NCBI GenBank assembly: GCA_047967505.1
Contig: CM106538.1
DNA: 64,000 nucleotides
From: Dipteris shenzhenensis
Lineage: Eukaryota
Reading direction: 5' to 3' (one strand)
The position numbers and the translations under genes are program-made. Of the stretch, positions 1 to 12,128 are shown piece after piece (within the stretch, counting starts at the first letter, position 1; the number at the start of each line of letters is the position of its first letter). The notes under the pieces were generated by a model. The model saw only the letters and a list, made by a program, of their open reading frames with translations, had not been told where the DNA came from and made no database searches.

Positions 1-27
1 GGCAATTTTCCAGGGCAAAAAATAACT

Positions 28-147
28 AAGGATTAGCATGATCTCATGAGGCATTACATATCTTCTTAAAACATGGTCCTTACCCATCTTGTATAGTTGT
101 CTTGCAATGAGTTGATAGGGTGCAGCTTTTAAAATTAGTTTTCTAGC
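28..147 (-). pseudogene. Ty3/gypsy pol fragment (segment just upstream of the integrase zinc finger)
   Basis: Minus strand reads ARKLILKAAPYQLIARQLYKMGKDHVLRRYVMPHEIMLIL, matching KLTRKAHPYTILGDVLYKQRKDKVLRRVV of the pol at ~10900-10990. Confidence 0.7.
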
Positions 148-305
148 AGGCTCTTGTGGACTTTGTTTTTCTGAAGTCTCATTATCAAGATTCATCTGTA
201 CATGTGGCTTAAACTTTCAAAACTTCTTACATTTGGAACTATGGGGTAAGTCTTCCACTAGCAAAGTATTCCCAAGTAAGGGTTCATTTGCTATGCATAC
301 TCCTT

Positions 306-1140
306 ATTGACTTTGTGGGTCGCATCCATCCAGCAGCAGCAAAGGGAAAACAAGTGCTACATCATTGTGGCCACTGATTACTTTACTAAATGAGCTGAAG
401 CTAAAGCAGTTAGAAAGGTAGATGCTAAAAGCACAACAAAATTCTTATACGAGAATGTGATCACCCGATTCGGATGCCCCATTGAAATTGTGTTGGATAG
501 AGGCACGCATTTTGTCAATGAGGTTATCCAAGAACTCTTGTCTGGCTTTATGGTAATCCATAGAAAAAGCACACCCTACTACCCCCAAGGGAATGGACAT
601 GATAATCTACCAACAAAATATTATCCTCACCAAGGTAGTAGAACCATAGCATTCTGATTGGGCAGAAAAACTAAATGCAACCTTATGGGCATACAAAACC
701 ATAGTCAAGGTCAGTATATGGAATACACCTTTTCAATTGGTGTACAACTGTTGTTGTGAAGCTATGGTCCCACTAGAATTTGTAATACCATGCCTACCCA
801 TAGCAGTTTAGGAACAAATGGGAGATCATGCATCCCTGAAGGAAAGACTCTATTAATTAGAGAAGCATACACAGACTAGATTAGTCGCCTACCATGCCAT
901 AACAATAGAAAAATACAAAAGAAAGGCATGGTTTGATAGAAATATTAAAGCCAAAGACATCAAGGAAGGTGACCTGGTCTTGCTATACAATGCCAAAGTC
1001 AACAAGGAAAAAATCAAGTATCTAGGTCAAGGACCCTATTGAGTAAGAAAAATGAATCCCATCAGAGCTATGCTACTAGAAACATTGGATGGAGTCCAAC
1101 TCAACACAACCATAAACGGGAGTCAATTGAATTGCTGCTA
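306..1140 (+). pseudogene. Decayed Ty3/gypsy integrase (core and C-terminal GPY/F region)
   Basis: IDFVG..YIIVATDYFTK*AEAKA..ITRFGCPIEIVLDRGTHFVN..STPYYPQGNG, then LWAYKT and GPY..LETLDG..INGS; stops and frameshifts. Confidence 0.9.
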
Positions 1141-3009
1141 CATCAACATGCAAGCCATCCCCGACAAAAATGAAGATTTGGGAACCCCAACTCTTCCTTA
1201 GTTAGTATTAGATTATATCATGAGCACTCACTTGCATATGTACGTCTTCACTCATATAGGTAGCATCAACCAATTTCAACCTAGGGTTCAAAAGTGATGC
1301 CTCAATACTAGCTGCCCTATGAAATCCCAAAAATAACAAAAAAAGCATATAGTTAGTCCCTACCTAGTTACTAGGTCATGTGTACTCACACGCTTTCGCT
1401 TAGACACATAGTCAATTGCATGAATAATTGTGCTACACACTTTCATTCCACACTCTCAAAGCATGTGTAACAAAAAATCTCTCACAATACACACTCACAA
1501 GTGTTATACCTACATACCACAACTAATCTAATGATTAATGGTACACCATATAAACATGGATGCAGGTTTAGAAACAATTCCACCACTAAAGAGGATGCGA
1601 AGAAAGAGCCCACCGCCCCAGCCCCATGAGACCTCCTCAAGAGTTCACAGTAGCCGTGTACCTCCTCTCAACCAAGGTGACCATAGGCATTTGTGGTTCA
1701 GAGTGATAGCTTTAATGAGGATTCTGTGCATGACATGGAAACACAAGAAGTATAAATGCCACCCCAATCACCACCGACCTACACAACCATTGATGGGGCC
1801 CGATCCTTGGAGCTTGTGTGGCCTTCTACATCGACTTATGCTCTTTCTAATGCAACAACATCTTTCTTAGAGCAAAGGGGTCTAGGCAATTTGTATGAGA
1901 GCCTAAAATCCTTGGAGGATAGCTTACAATGACCAAATACATCAGGGACTTTCTCCATTCTTACCACTCTAGCGATGCATAGGTTGGCAAGTACGGCACC
2001 CTCACTGTACATCAGAGCCAGCTCAACATAATACTCGATAGTATAGTGATTCAGAGGGTTTTCTCACTCCCAAATCAAGGTGCAAAATACCCCACAAGGC
2101 CTACCGATGCCAAATTTATCGAAATACAGCCTCTCCTCACTAAGGGCACCAAGTTCCATAGGGACATGATATTACTTCGCACCATCATTAACTGTCGACT
2201 CAAGGAAGCAACATAATTCCTATCCACAATCCTGGGGGGTAAGTGCAACAAGAATCAATCCCTCCCACTCCACACATTTTTTTGCTGAGTAGGCAGCTAA
2301 AGCAAGACTGGATCCAGCACTTAGTCATCTTCTTCACAAAAAAACTCGATGGTTCATCAAGCCAAAAATGTAAAATTCCACACTTATTGGCTGTAATCAT
2401 CAATAAAGAGCTACAAGAATGAGAAATGACTCTACTCCAGTCACCAAAACCTATTGACGAATTGGACATTCCCTTCTCACCACATGGGAGCAGTCACCAA
2501 CTTCTCCTACTATCACATTGGCAAATGTGGATACCTCAAAAGAAATGCCTATTTTAGAGGTAGGAATTGAGGAATTGACCCACGAGATGCTATGCTTGGT
2601 GCACAATTACAACCGATGTATCTCCCATAATAGCAATAGCTAGAGCTTAAGGCTACATTGACACTAGCACTGCCCATCAACATCATGCCAATCAATGAGC
2701 CACAAGGAGAGCTAGTGCCAGATTAGTAATACAACTACTGTACCCAAGTGAGTGACTTATCATTGGAACAAAACCCCCAGCAAGTACTACGAAATCATTT
2801 GGATGGCTACATGGACACCAATTGTATCAATAGTATTGCCAATCCTCATCACCGTTTATCATTCTCCATCATTAAGCTAGCATAATGCAGCAAACATAAG
2901 AACTATTCACTGGCTTGGGCCAAGGAGGAACATGCATGAGAATTGGAAATCCTCCTTCTAAACCCTAAACCTCCCTGTTCTTGAGATACTAAGAAATCAG
3001 CAGATCGGA

Positions 3010-4416
3010 GTTTGTGGTCTGACTTTCATGGTCAGTTTTTGTTGTTCTTTGGATGGAGGGAGATGATAGAACTTATTCCATGTTACTTAGCAGGCCTAAT
3101 TTTGGGTAGCCAAGATTAAGCAGGATTGGGGAGCTGATAGGGTGACTGTTCGTAAAGGAAAGAACAAATTTAAAATGGCCATGGTGCCAACAAGTAGTGT
3201 TCCAAAAAGTGTTCAACCCTTGGCACCAGCAGCAGCAGAGCTGAAGGCATTAATATGGTGATTGAAGTTGAAGATGATGAGAAAGAGTATTTTCTATAAA
3301 GGAATCCTTCTTTAATTCCAATTTTTGAAGTTGATGTGCATGCCATAATGGACCAATACAAGAAAAATAACGAGAGCAATTCTTCATCAAAGAAGGTTAC
3401 TTTAGTTTTGATTTCTGAGGGAGACTGTCTGAAAGGAAAATAGAGGAAATTTAAAGATTAGAAGTTAGATGAAGTAACTTCAGACCAGTCTGATGCCAAT
3501 GAAGAAAGAATAATTTTATATCAAAACATATATTCAAGCAATCATTGGAGTAGAAACAACATTTGAAGATCACTTAAGAAGGTGTGCAAGAGTTCAGTAG
3601 AATGACCTCAAAGAGATGAATCTCAAAACCAAACAAGATCCAAAGATGGTGCATGTTAGTGCTTTGTTGTTAGATGATGGAAATTTTTAGGAAAATCTGA
3701 GACATTTGCTGCTGAAAGTCAAGGATGTATTTGCTTGGCATTATACAGACATGAAGGCTCAAAAGGTAAAGAAAGAAATTGACAAATTGCTCAAGGTGGG
3801 GCTTATTTACCCGGTGGATAAGGTAACATGGATTTCATCCATAGTTATAGTACCTAAAAAGAATGGTAAACTCTGGGCGTGTGTTGATTACCAAAAGTTT
3901 AATGCAGCAACCATAATAGATCCTTTTCCATTACCTTTCTATGACACAATGCTTGATGTTGTGGTGGCTGCTCATGAGATGTATAGCTTTCTTGGTGGTT
4001 TTAGAGGGTATAATCAAATAAGAATGGCTCTAGTAGAGACAAAATTGCTTTCATCATCATAGAGTGGGGAGCTTTTGCTAGCAATGTCATGACTTTTGGA
4101 CTAAAGAATGCATCTTACACATTCAAAAGTGGATTCAAGAAGTCTTTGCTCCATATTTGACAAGTTTTATTAGAGATTTTCTTGATGATTTCTCTATGTT
4201 GGGAAAGAAGGAGGAGCATTTGCAACATCTTAAATTATGTATTGAGAGATGCAGAATTGCACGGCTCTAGAAAAGTGTGCCTTTATGGTTAAGAGGGGTG
4301 TTATATTGGGTCATATAATCTCAAAACAGGGCATGGCTATAGATCCAAGAAAGGTGGAAGTTATTTTAGAATGCTCCTACACCAAGAGCTATTAAGCATT
4401 TATCATGCTTTGTTGG
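3010..4416 (+). pseudogene. Decayed Ty3/gypsy protease end and reverse transcriptase
   Basis: RTYSMLLSRP (protease tail); DVFAW, WISSIVIVPKKNGKLWACVDY, GYNQI, MTFGLKNA, FLDDF, LGHIISKQG. Cut at 4417 by another repeat. Confidence 0.9.
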
Positions 4417-4660
4417 TGTTGACTCTTTCCCACGGCTTGTGCAAGAAGAGCAAGGTATTCTCAGTATGCAAGGTTCCGAGGATTTTTGTCACCTACAAAT
4501 ATATCGGTGTTGTCGTTTGTAGTATAAGTGTAGCTTAAGACCTCGGATCGTATTCCAGTGAGAGACGTAGACTTAAGTGTGGTAAGCAAACATAGTGCAT
4601 GCATGTGTGAAAGGGATGTGCATCATCATCATTGGGGTAATGAAGGCTTTCGCCTTCATT
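4417..4660 (-). mobile_element. LTR terminal fragment (copy 1 of the repeat also at 47106)
   Basis: Starts TGTTG and is clearly homologous over ~240 bp to 47106-47349, including the shared block cgtattccagtgagagacgtag. Confidence 0.65.
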
Positions 4661-6748
4661 GGGGCCTTTGTTGATTGGCCATTTTGACCTGAAAAGAAGC
4701 TATTTCTAATTCATGGAGACAAATTTTTTTGTAAAGATCCTTTGACAAAATGTTCGCACCAGAGCCACCATCCAAAAGGACCTCCGGTATGATTAGTGAT
4801 TTGTATTCCACCTAGATTAGGTGAACATTATAATCTACATCTTTAATTTGTGCCGCATTAACTTCGGGGTCAACTTCCCAAATATCCTCATCCTCCTCTT
4901 TTGCCTTATCCATTAGGCTTACACCACCATCTGACAAAGTTTCAATAGCTGTGCTTTGAATTCTAGTACCATATTAAGAAGCTAGTCTAATGTGATATTG
5001 ATTTGAGCCTTCATCAAACTACAAAACAATTCCCCATGGCTCATTGCATCCCCAAGTTTGGGTCTGTTGTGTATGTCATTTGCTGGATAACACCCTCGAG
5101 AAAGAGTATGTTCTTTCAGATCATCAAGCTATGTGCCTTCATGTTGTTCCTTGAGCTCATCACCTTCATGCCAGTCACCTTCTTTAACTGATGCCTCCTT
5201 AGTCATGGCTAGCTTCATACATGGGGGTAGAGTCTTCTCCTCCATCGTCTTTATTTTTATATCAATATTTCTTTTTAAAGGTTGAGAATGTGAGGTATCT
5301 TTTACTCCCCACTTAACCTCCTTTCCTGCATTCACCTTATCAAGAGCTTTTAAGAACATCTTGACAAACTCTATTTTGCTCATTCCAATCAATTGGATGT
5401 TTGCCTTTGGATTCCACATGCAATTTCTTTTCACTAGATATAGGACCCTTAGATCGCATGATGGCAAATGCTTCTGGATAACTTTGTTTCTCTAGCCCCT
5501 CCCCTTCTGGTTTAAAGCCCATATCATCAAAGGACATTGCCAACATTGACTCCAAGTCTTTCTCTCCATGTCCGACTAGTTGTTTCATCTCCTTGGGTGT
5601 GTCACTCGAACAACTCTGCTCCAACTGAATAAGTACAACATTGGCTTGAGCTGGTGGTTGACAAGGTGGATGTTATCCCCCTCTCATTGAGGTGTTTGCA
5701 CCATAACTCACAACTTGGGCCTTGTTGATGTTCAGCTTGACCACAATATGTGCAATTCTGAGAATCATTATTTTGATTTGATTATTGAGGATTATTTCCC
5801 CAATTTTGATATGCATGTCTTCTTCCTTGGTTAGTAAGATCATTCACCCCTAATTGATTAACTATAGATGGTTGTGACACTGCCCCAGTGTTTTGAAGAT
5901 AAGGAGGTAATCTCCCCTTGTAATTTGGACTATACCAACAATTGGTGCTCTCGTGATTCATTTTACCACAAAACTCACATTTAGACTTCTTAGAGGAAGC
6001 GGCTCCTGATAATACCATGCTTTTCAAATGATGTTTGATCTTTTTCTCCAACTTCTCATCTCTTGAAGAGGATTTCACTTTCTTCTTGGAGTTTGGGCTC
6101 TCCTTAGATTTCCCTTTCTTTGATTGCTTGTCTCTTTTACATTTGGTCTTCTTGTCTTCATTATCAGATGCATCCAAATCATCATCATCAGACTCAGAAT
6201 TCGTAACTTCATTCTCACGGTCTGTATCAGAGTCTCCATTCGAATCTATGTCCAAATTGCAATTCTCTGTTTCCTTCCTCCTATTCTTTTTGGATTTTCT
6301 TTTGGTCATTCCCACTCTTCGTTTAGCTCAATGTGTGGCTTCTACCATATTGTCAAAATCATTAGCTCTTGCTAGGGTGTCCCTCCCAGCCACAACACTT
6401 CTTAATTCGGTATTCAAGCCCTTACAAAAGTAATCTCCCAATTGCTCTTGAGTCGGTCTTTGAGGAGCGGCTAACCTTTGATTTAGATTGTGAAACTTTT
6501 GGGTGTAGTCTTCTACCAACATATCATTTTATTTCAACTGTTGAAGCTTTTTGAGAATTGATTCTAGTGTTTTCTCTTGCCAAAACTGTGCAAGAAATTC
6601 CTGCTTTAAAGTCTCATAGCTTGCAAAATGTCCCATGCCATATTGAATGAACCAACTCATTACTTTACCCACCAAAGTGGCTACCAACTGTTCCTTCTTC
6701 ACATTGTCATCAAGTTGTCCTTCAAAACCACTCGCTACCCATCGGGTC
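4661..6748 (-). pseudogene. Decayed Ty3/gypsy gag-protease fragment
   Basis: Gag core (VMSWF..YETLKQEFL..LVEDYTQKFHNL..FCKGL), zinc knuckle CEFCGKMNHESTNC, protease active site VLLDGGSGANIL at ~4750-4790; truncated at both ends. Confidence 0.85.
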
Positions 6749-6805
6749 TTAGCCCCAATGTTACTATCAAGGTCTTGTTTTGATTTGACACTAAATTTAG
6801 TAGAG

Positions 6806-7017
6806 ACCGATTAGCTCAAATCAATGCTTCCCCTCAGCCTTTTTTATTTCCAATGCTAGAGTACAACCTCACCTTTGACATCTATATCTTTGTTTTGATC
6901 TGAGAAGATAGAGAGTAAGTGTCTCTTTAAGCTTCATCTAATGCCCAAATCTCTTCTCTCTTCTTCAATTTTTGGGTTGAGATGTGACCAAAACCAAACC
7001 CCCAGTTTTGTGTCACA
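6806..7017 (+). repeat. 5' LTR remnant of element A (last 212 bp only)
   Basis: Near-identical to 13820-14031; ends TGTCACA. Confidence 0.9.
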
Positions 7018-7132
7018 TCTTTTGCTAGAGACGCTCGGTAGGTTTTGCCTAGGTTTTTCCCATCATAACCTCAAGATCTCATCTTCTTTACAAGCAAAGA
7101 TTTTCTTCTTTTGTGCTCATTTTCTGTGTAAG

Positions 7133-10100
7133 ATGTACAACATTCCAGTGTTTCGTGGATCAAAAGGAGAAGACTCAAGGAGTTACCTTCGAGAATTCAA
7201 TCGAGCATGTCGCTTGACTAGTTGGTCTATGAAGGAACGTGTTGAGATACTTCCGTATTTCTTGGAAGGTGTGGCCTTAACTTGGTATGAGGCCTTGCCA
7301 AAAGATACCAAGGATGATTGGGAAAGCTTGGTCGAGGCAATGAAGGAGAGATTTGGGACATTGGAGTCACCAAATTCCTTGTTATTGCAGCTAGAGAAGA
7401 TTTCCCAAAGGGAAGGAGAGTCAGTTTCAACCTTTGCTATGAGGTATGAGGATTTATTCATCAAGTACCAACAAGATGCTTTGCATATGGTTGAGTCTTC
7501 GTCATTTTCTACAAGAGATTCTAAAGGTTCATGGGCAATGGAACATCTCAAGATGAGCAAATTTGTTTATGGTTTGGATTCTAACTTGCATGGAAAGGCT
7601 CTAAGCAAAAATCCCAATAATTTCAAAGAGGATCTTCGCATTGCTTTGAAGAAGGAGGCGGCCCATCAAATTGAGTCCGCATTTCAGCCATCTATAAGTG
7701 TCATGACTCCGGCACATCGGGTAGAGGTGGCCTCAACATCCTAGGTATTTGCTCCCTCATTGGATCATAATATTGCACAATTGATGGCAAAATTTACTGA
7801 TTTGAAGTTGCATTTAGTGAATGCCAAGCCACCTAGGGCTCCACAAACTGAGGATAAGCCTAGGGATAAAAGCAATGTTACCTATTATGAATGTCAAAAG
7901 AAGGGACACTATCATCCCGAATGTCCAAAATTGAAAAAAAGAGAAGACAAGAGTGTAGTACTCTTAGAAAGAACATGTTCAGAGGAGGAAGATGAGGAAG
8001 AAACTTTGATGCCATTGATGATAAGAAGTCATAAAACTAGGAGTGACGAGGAAGAGGAGGAAGAGAAATAATGGAAACATAAGAAAAAAAAATCATCCCG
8101 AAGAAAGATTGGACAATCTGATTTTCCTCTTGGACAAGGGACTCTTAGTTATGATTTGTTGACTGCACAAATCACATTTGGGTAGGTTTTGGCACTCTCT
8201 CCAAAACTTATGAAGGAATGGAGTAAATTGGCTAGCACTAGGGAGTCTAAGAAAAAGAAGAAAAAGGATAATGGGACACCTATGGCACAAAAGGTAGACA
8301 TAGATGTGGGAGATGATGTACCTGTTGTTGATGTCATCATAGATGGCCAGACTATTTCTTTTGCATACATTGATGGGGGTGCATCGATAAATGTCATGAG
8401 TGAAAAGACAATGAAAGATGCTGACTTCAAGTTATCTTCCCTTAACTCTCCTTATCGCATTAAGTTGGCTGATCATATTAGAGTGAAAAATCTAGGAGTT
8501 GTGAAGAATTTGGCAGTGGATGTGTGTCGAATTTCTGTACCTACAACATTTCAGGTTATTCCTACAAAACCAGATGCTAGGGCTTACCCATTAATCTTGG
8601 GAAGGCCTTGGCTCTGTCAAGTGAAGGCAGTACAAAAGTGGGAGATAGGTGATCTTATTCTCCAAGGAGGGAATAGGAAGGAATGCTACAACATCAAGAG
8701 TCACCACAAGAAGGTGGTAAAGGAGGAAACTTCAACTTTTGAGAGCTTAGAGTCCAAGTCATCTGATCATGAGACAAGTGACACCTCCAAGGAGTCCATC
8801 TCAGAAGGAGAGGTGGAAGGAGTGGTGTTTGGTCTTTGCCTTGGTGTTGATTGGGGGGGACAATCAAGGAAATGGAGCTTCAGAAGGAGAATCATCTTCA
8901 ACCATGTATGAGGAAGTGGTGGATCGCACTAGTCTTCGCCAACAAAATGAGATTCTTCTTGATGAGATTATAAAAGAGATGAATACCTAGAAATGCTTGA
9001 TGGGTTTCCTAATCTGTTTGCAAATAGTTACTCACAGGTGTGCCAAGTTACCTTAGTGGAGCACAAAATTGACTTGAAACCTCAAAGCAAGCCAGTGGTG
9101 CAATAGCTTAGATGGTTGGGAGTGGTACAAGCAGAAGTGCCCAAGAAGGATGTAACTAACTTGCTCCAAGCTAGGATTATTTTTCCAGTTGAGAATTCAG
9201 AGTGGGTTTCTCCAGTGGTGGTTACTCCCAAGAAAGGAAAGAAATGGTGTGTTTGTGTGGACTTTCGCCCTCTGAATGCATTCACAAAGAGGGATTATTT
9301 TCCTCTACCATTTCAAGATGAGATATTGGATCAAGTTACAGGCCATGAAATATATTCAGTATGTGATGGGGTACTCTGGATACTTCCAAATTCAAATTTG
9401 TGAGGAAGATCAAAGGAAGACTTCATTTGTTACACCATGGGGGGTGTATGCATATAGGGTGATGCCATTTGGTTTAACTGATGCACTAGCATCGTTCCAA
9501 GGATTCATGAGCTAGGTATTTGCACCCTACTTGGGAAAGTTCATAAGAGTATTTTTGGATGATTTTTGCATTTATTCAAGCCATGTGGATCACTTCGAAA
9601 AGTTGAGGATTGCATTGAAAAGTATTGATAATGCAAAAGGTTGCCTTAATCCTGCAAAATGCCATTTGGCCAAGAAGAAGGTGGCTCTGTTAGGACATGT
9701 TATCTCAGAGGAAGTATAGAAATGGATCCTGAGAAGGTACAAGCAATCATGGCCCTTCCACCACCTAGTAATGTCAGAGAGGTGAGGGGCATTTTGGGTA
9801 AAACAAAGTATTACCAGTGCTTTGTTAAAAGATGTATCCTATAAATTTATTGACAAAGAAAAATGTATCTTTCCAATGGGGACTAGAGCAAGATGAGGCA
9901 TTTTGTTTGCTTAAAGAATGCATGAGCCAAAGGCCAATTATGCAGCCTCCTAGGTGGGAGGATGATTTCTATGTGAATCCAAGTGTGTCAACTCATTCAG
10001 TGGGAGCTATACTACTTCAGAAGGGTGAGCAAGGACGCATGCAACCAATGTATTACGCAAGTCGGCAACTCAGGGAGGCTGAGGAGAGGTACGGTGAAAT

Positions 10101-12065
10101 GGAGAAAGAAGGTTTATCTTTGGTCTTTGCAGTGAAGAAGTTTAGGTCATACTTGCTGCCTCGCCCTTTTTTCTTCCTTACATCTCAACCTGCTTTACAA
10201 TTTTTGGTTTGCAAACCCAATCCTATTGGAAAGTTTGCTAAGTGGATTTGTGAGCTTCAAGAGTTCTCTTTCACCTTTATTATAGAAAGCACCACTAGAG
10301 CTTCTCTGGCAGATTTGCTTATAGGTAAGGAGGAAGAAGAAGTAACAAAGGCAAAGGAAGACTTAGATGAAGAGTTGGAGACCCCACCAATAGCTTTCAA
10401 GCTGCATTTTGATGGAGCCTTTAGCCCTTCTAGGAAATGTGGAGCTAGGGGGATAATTCTATTTGATCCAGAAGGAAAAGAGGTATGGGCCAAGGGTAGG
10501 CAATTTCCTAAAGCAATATCAAATAATGTGGCTGAGTACAATGCATTGATCTATGGATTAGAAGATTGCCTAAAGGAAGGAGTGAAAGACGTAGAGGTTA
10601 AAGGAGACTCTCAACTGGTCATTAGGCAAATGAAAGGTGTTTATAAGGCACGGAGTCCTAATCTACAAGATCTTTATAAAAGAGCGATGGAGTTAAAGGA
10701 AGCTTTTGAGTTTTGCAAGTTTGTGCATATTCAAAGAAAAGATAATCATCAAGCTGATGAGATGGCTACTAAAGCTATGGCTTCTTTCACTAAAGTTACT
10801 CTTGCATTGATAGATATAGGTTGGCTAGAGCTCCAAGATGTTCAATATTGCTTGGATGAAGGACATTTTCCTCCTAGATTGACCCCTCAACAAAAGCAGA
10901 AGCTCACAAGGAAGGCTCATCCTTATACAATCCTTGGGGATGTTCTATACAAGCAACGTAAAGATAAGGTTCTTAGGAGGGTAGTGAGCTTGGAAGAATC
11001 TAAAAGGATTATGGAGCTGTGTCATGAATGTTCAGGTCACTTTGCTTCAGCTAGCACTACTCAAAAGATCCTTAACACAGGGTATTATTGGCCCCAACTC
11101 AACAAAGATGTCCATGAGTGGTGCCAAAGTTGTGAGGTATGCCAAGCATATGGATGCAAGCAATTGGTTCATGGGCCCTTGAATCCCATTCCAGCATATG
11201 GTCCATTTGAGAGGTGGGCTTTGGATTTTGTTGGCCCCCTTCCTCGTTCTTCACAAGCGAAGTATTATATATTAGTTGCAATTGATTATGCAACTACATG
11301 TACGGAAGCAAAAGCTACTATCAACAACAAAGCAACAACGATGGCATCATTTCTTAAGGAGTTTTTATATGCCCGTTTTGGTTGCCCTTTGGAAGTCCTT
11401 ACAGATGGAGGGAGGTCTTTTAGGAATGACTTGATTGAATCTTTGGTGCACAAATTGAAAATAAATCATGTCATATCAACTCCATATTATCCCCAATGCA
11501 ATGGTCTTGTGGAAAAAACTAATGGTTTGCTTTGTGGGTCCTTGTCTAAGCTAGTAGACACCATGAAAAGGAAGTGGGATGTGCATATACCAGAGGTTTT
11601 GTGGGCTTATAGAACCACTCATTAGCACTTCCTTGGTTTCACACCTTTTCAGCTAGTTTATGGAATGGAGGCCATCTTGCCAATAGAATTGGAAATCTCA
11701 AGCCTTTGTGCGTCTTTTTCTCGATTGCGTAACGAAGAAGAAACACATGCCCAACGTCTAGTACAGCTGGAGACCTTGGATGAGAAGCAGCTTCAAGCAC
11801 TTCAACACTTGGAGGGAGCACAACATCACAAAGCAAGGTATGATGCTCTTACCAAGAAGAAGAAGAAGCCAGAATCAAAGAAGGAAGCTTGATCATGAAG
11901 TTTGATGGTCGTGTGGAGAAGCGGCTAGACAAGAAACTCCTTCGCTGCTGGGAAGGTCCCTTCAGGGTGAAGAAAAAGTTCAAAAATAACACTTATCTTT
12001 TGGAAGATGCAAATGGTCAAGAGGTTCGTGGACGTGCTAATGAGTATTAGTTAAAAGTGTTTTAT
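7133..12065 (+). pseudogene. gag-pol of element A (disrupted)
   Basis: Gag MYNIPVFRG..LEGVALTWY; knuckle YECQKKGHYHPEC; protease YIDGGASINVM; RT WVSPVVV..CVDFRPLN..MPFGL..FLDDF; RH; aRH FDGA..NNVAEY..GDSQL..NHQAD (~10393-10779); integrase GHF..CQSCEVCQ..WALDFVGP..YYPQCNGLVE; WEGPF. Confidence 0.93.
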
Positions 12066-12115
12066 CCGCGGATACCATGGCTAGCAAACCCCCATGCCAA
12101 GCACGGGGATCTGCT

Positions 12116-12128
12116 GGGGGGGGAAAGA
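12116..12128 (+). other. Polypurine tract of element A
   Basis: GGGGGGGGAAAGA immediately before the LTR start TGTGACA. Confidence 0.85.

Noticed and set aside
7018-7045. PBS of element A (tcttttgctagagacgctcgg)
   Set aside because: Right position, but no clean TGG and no confident tRNA match (only weakly Ala-like); left unassigned.
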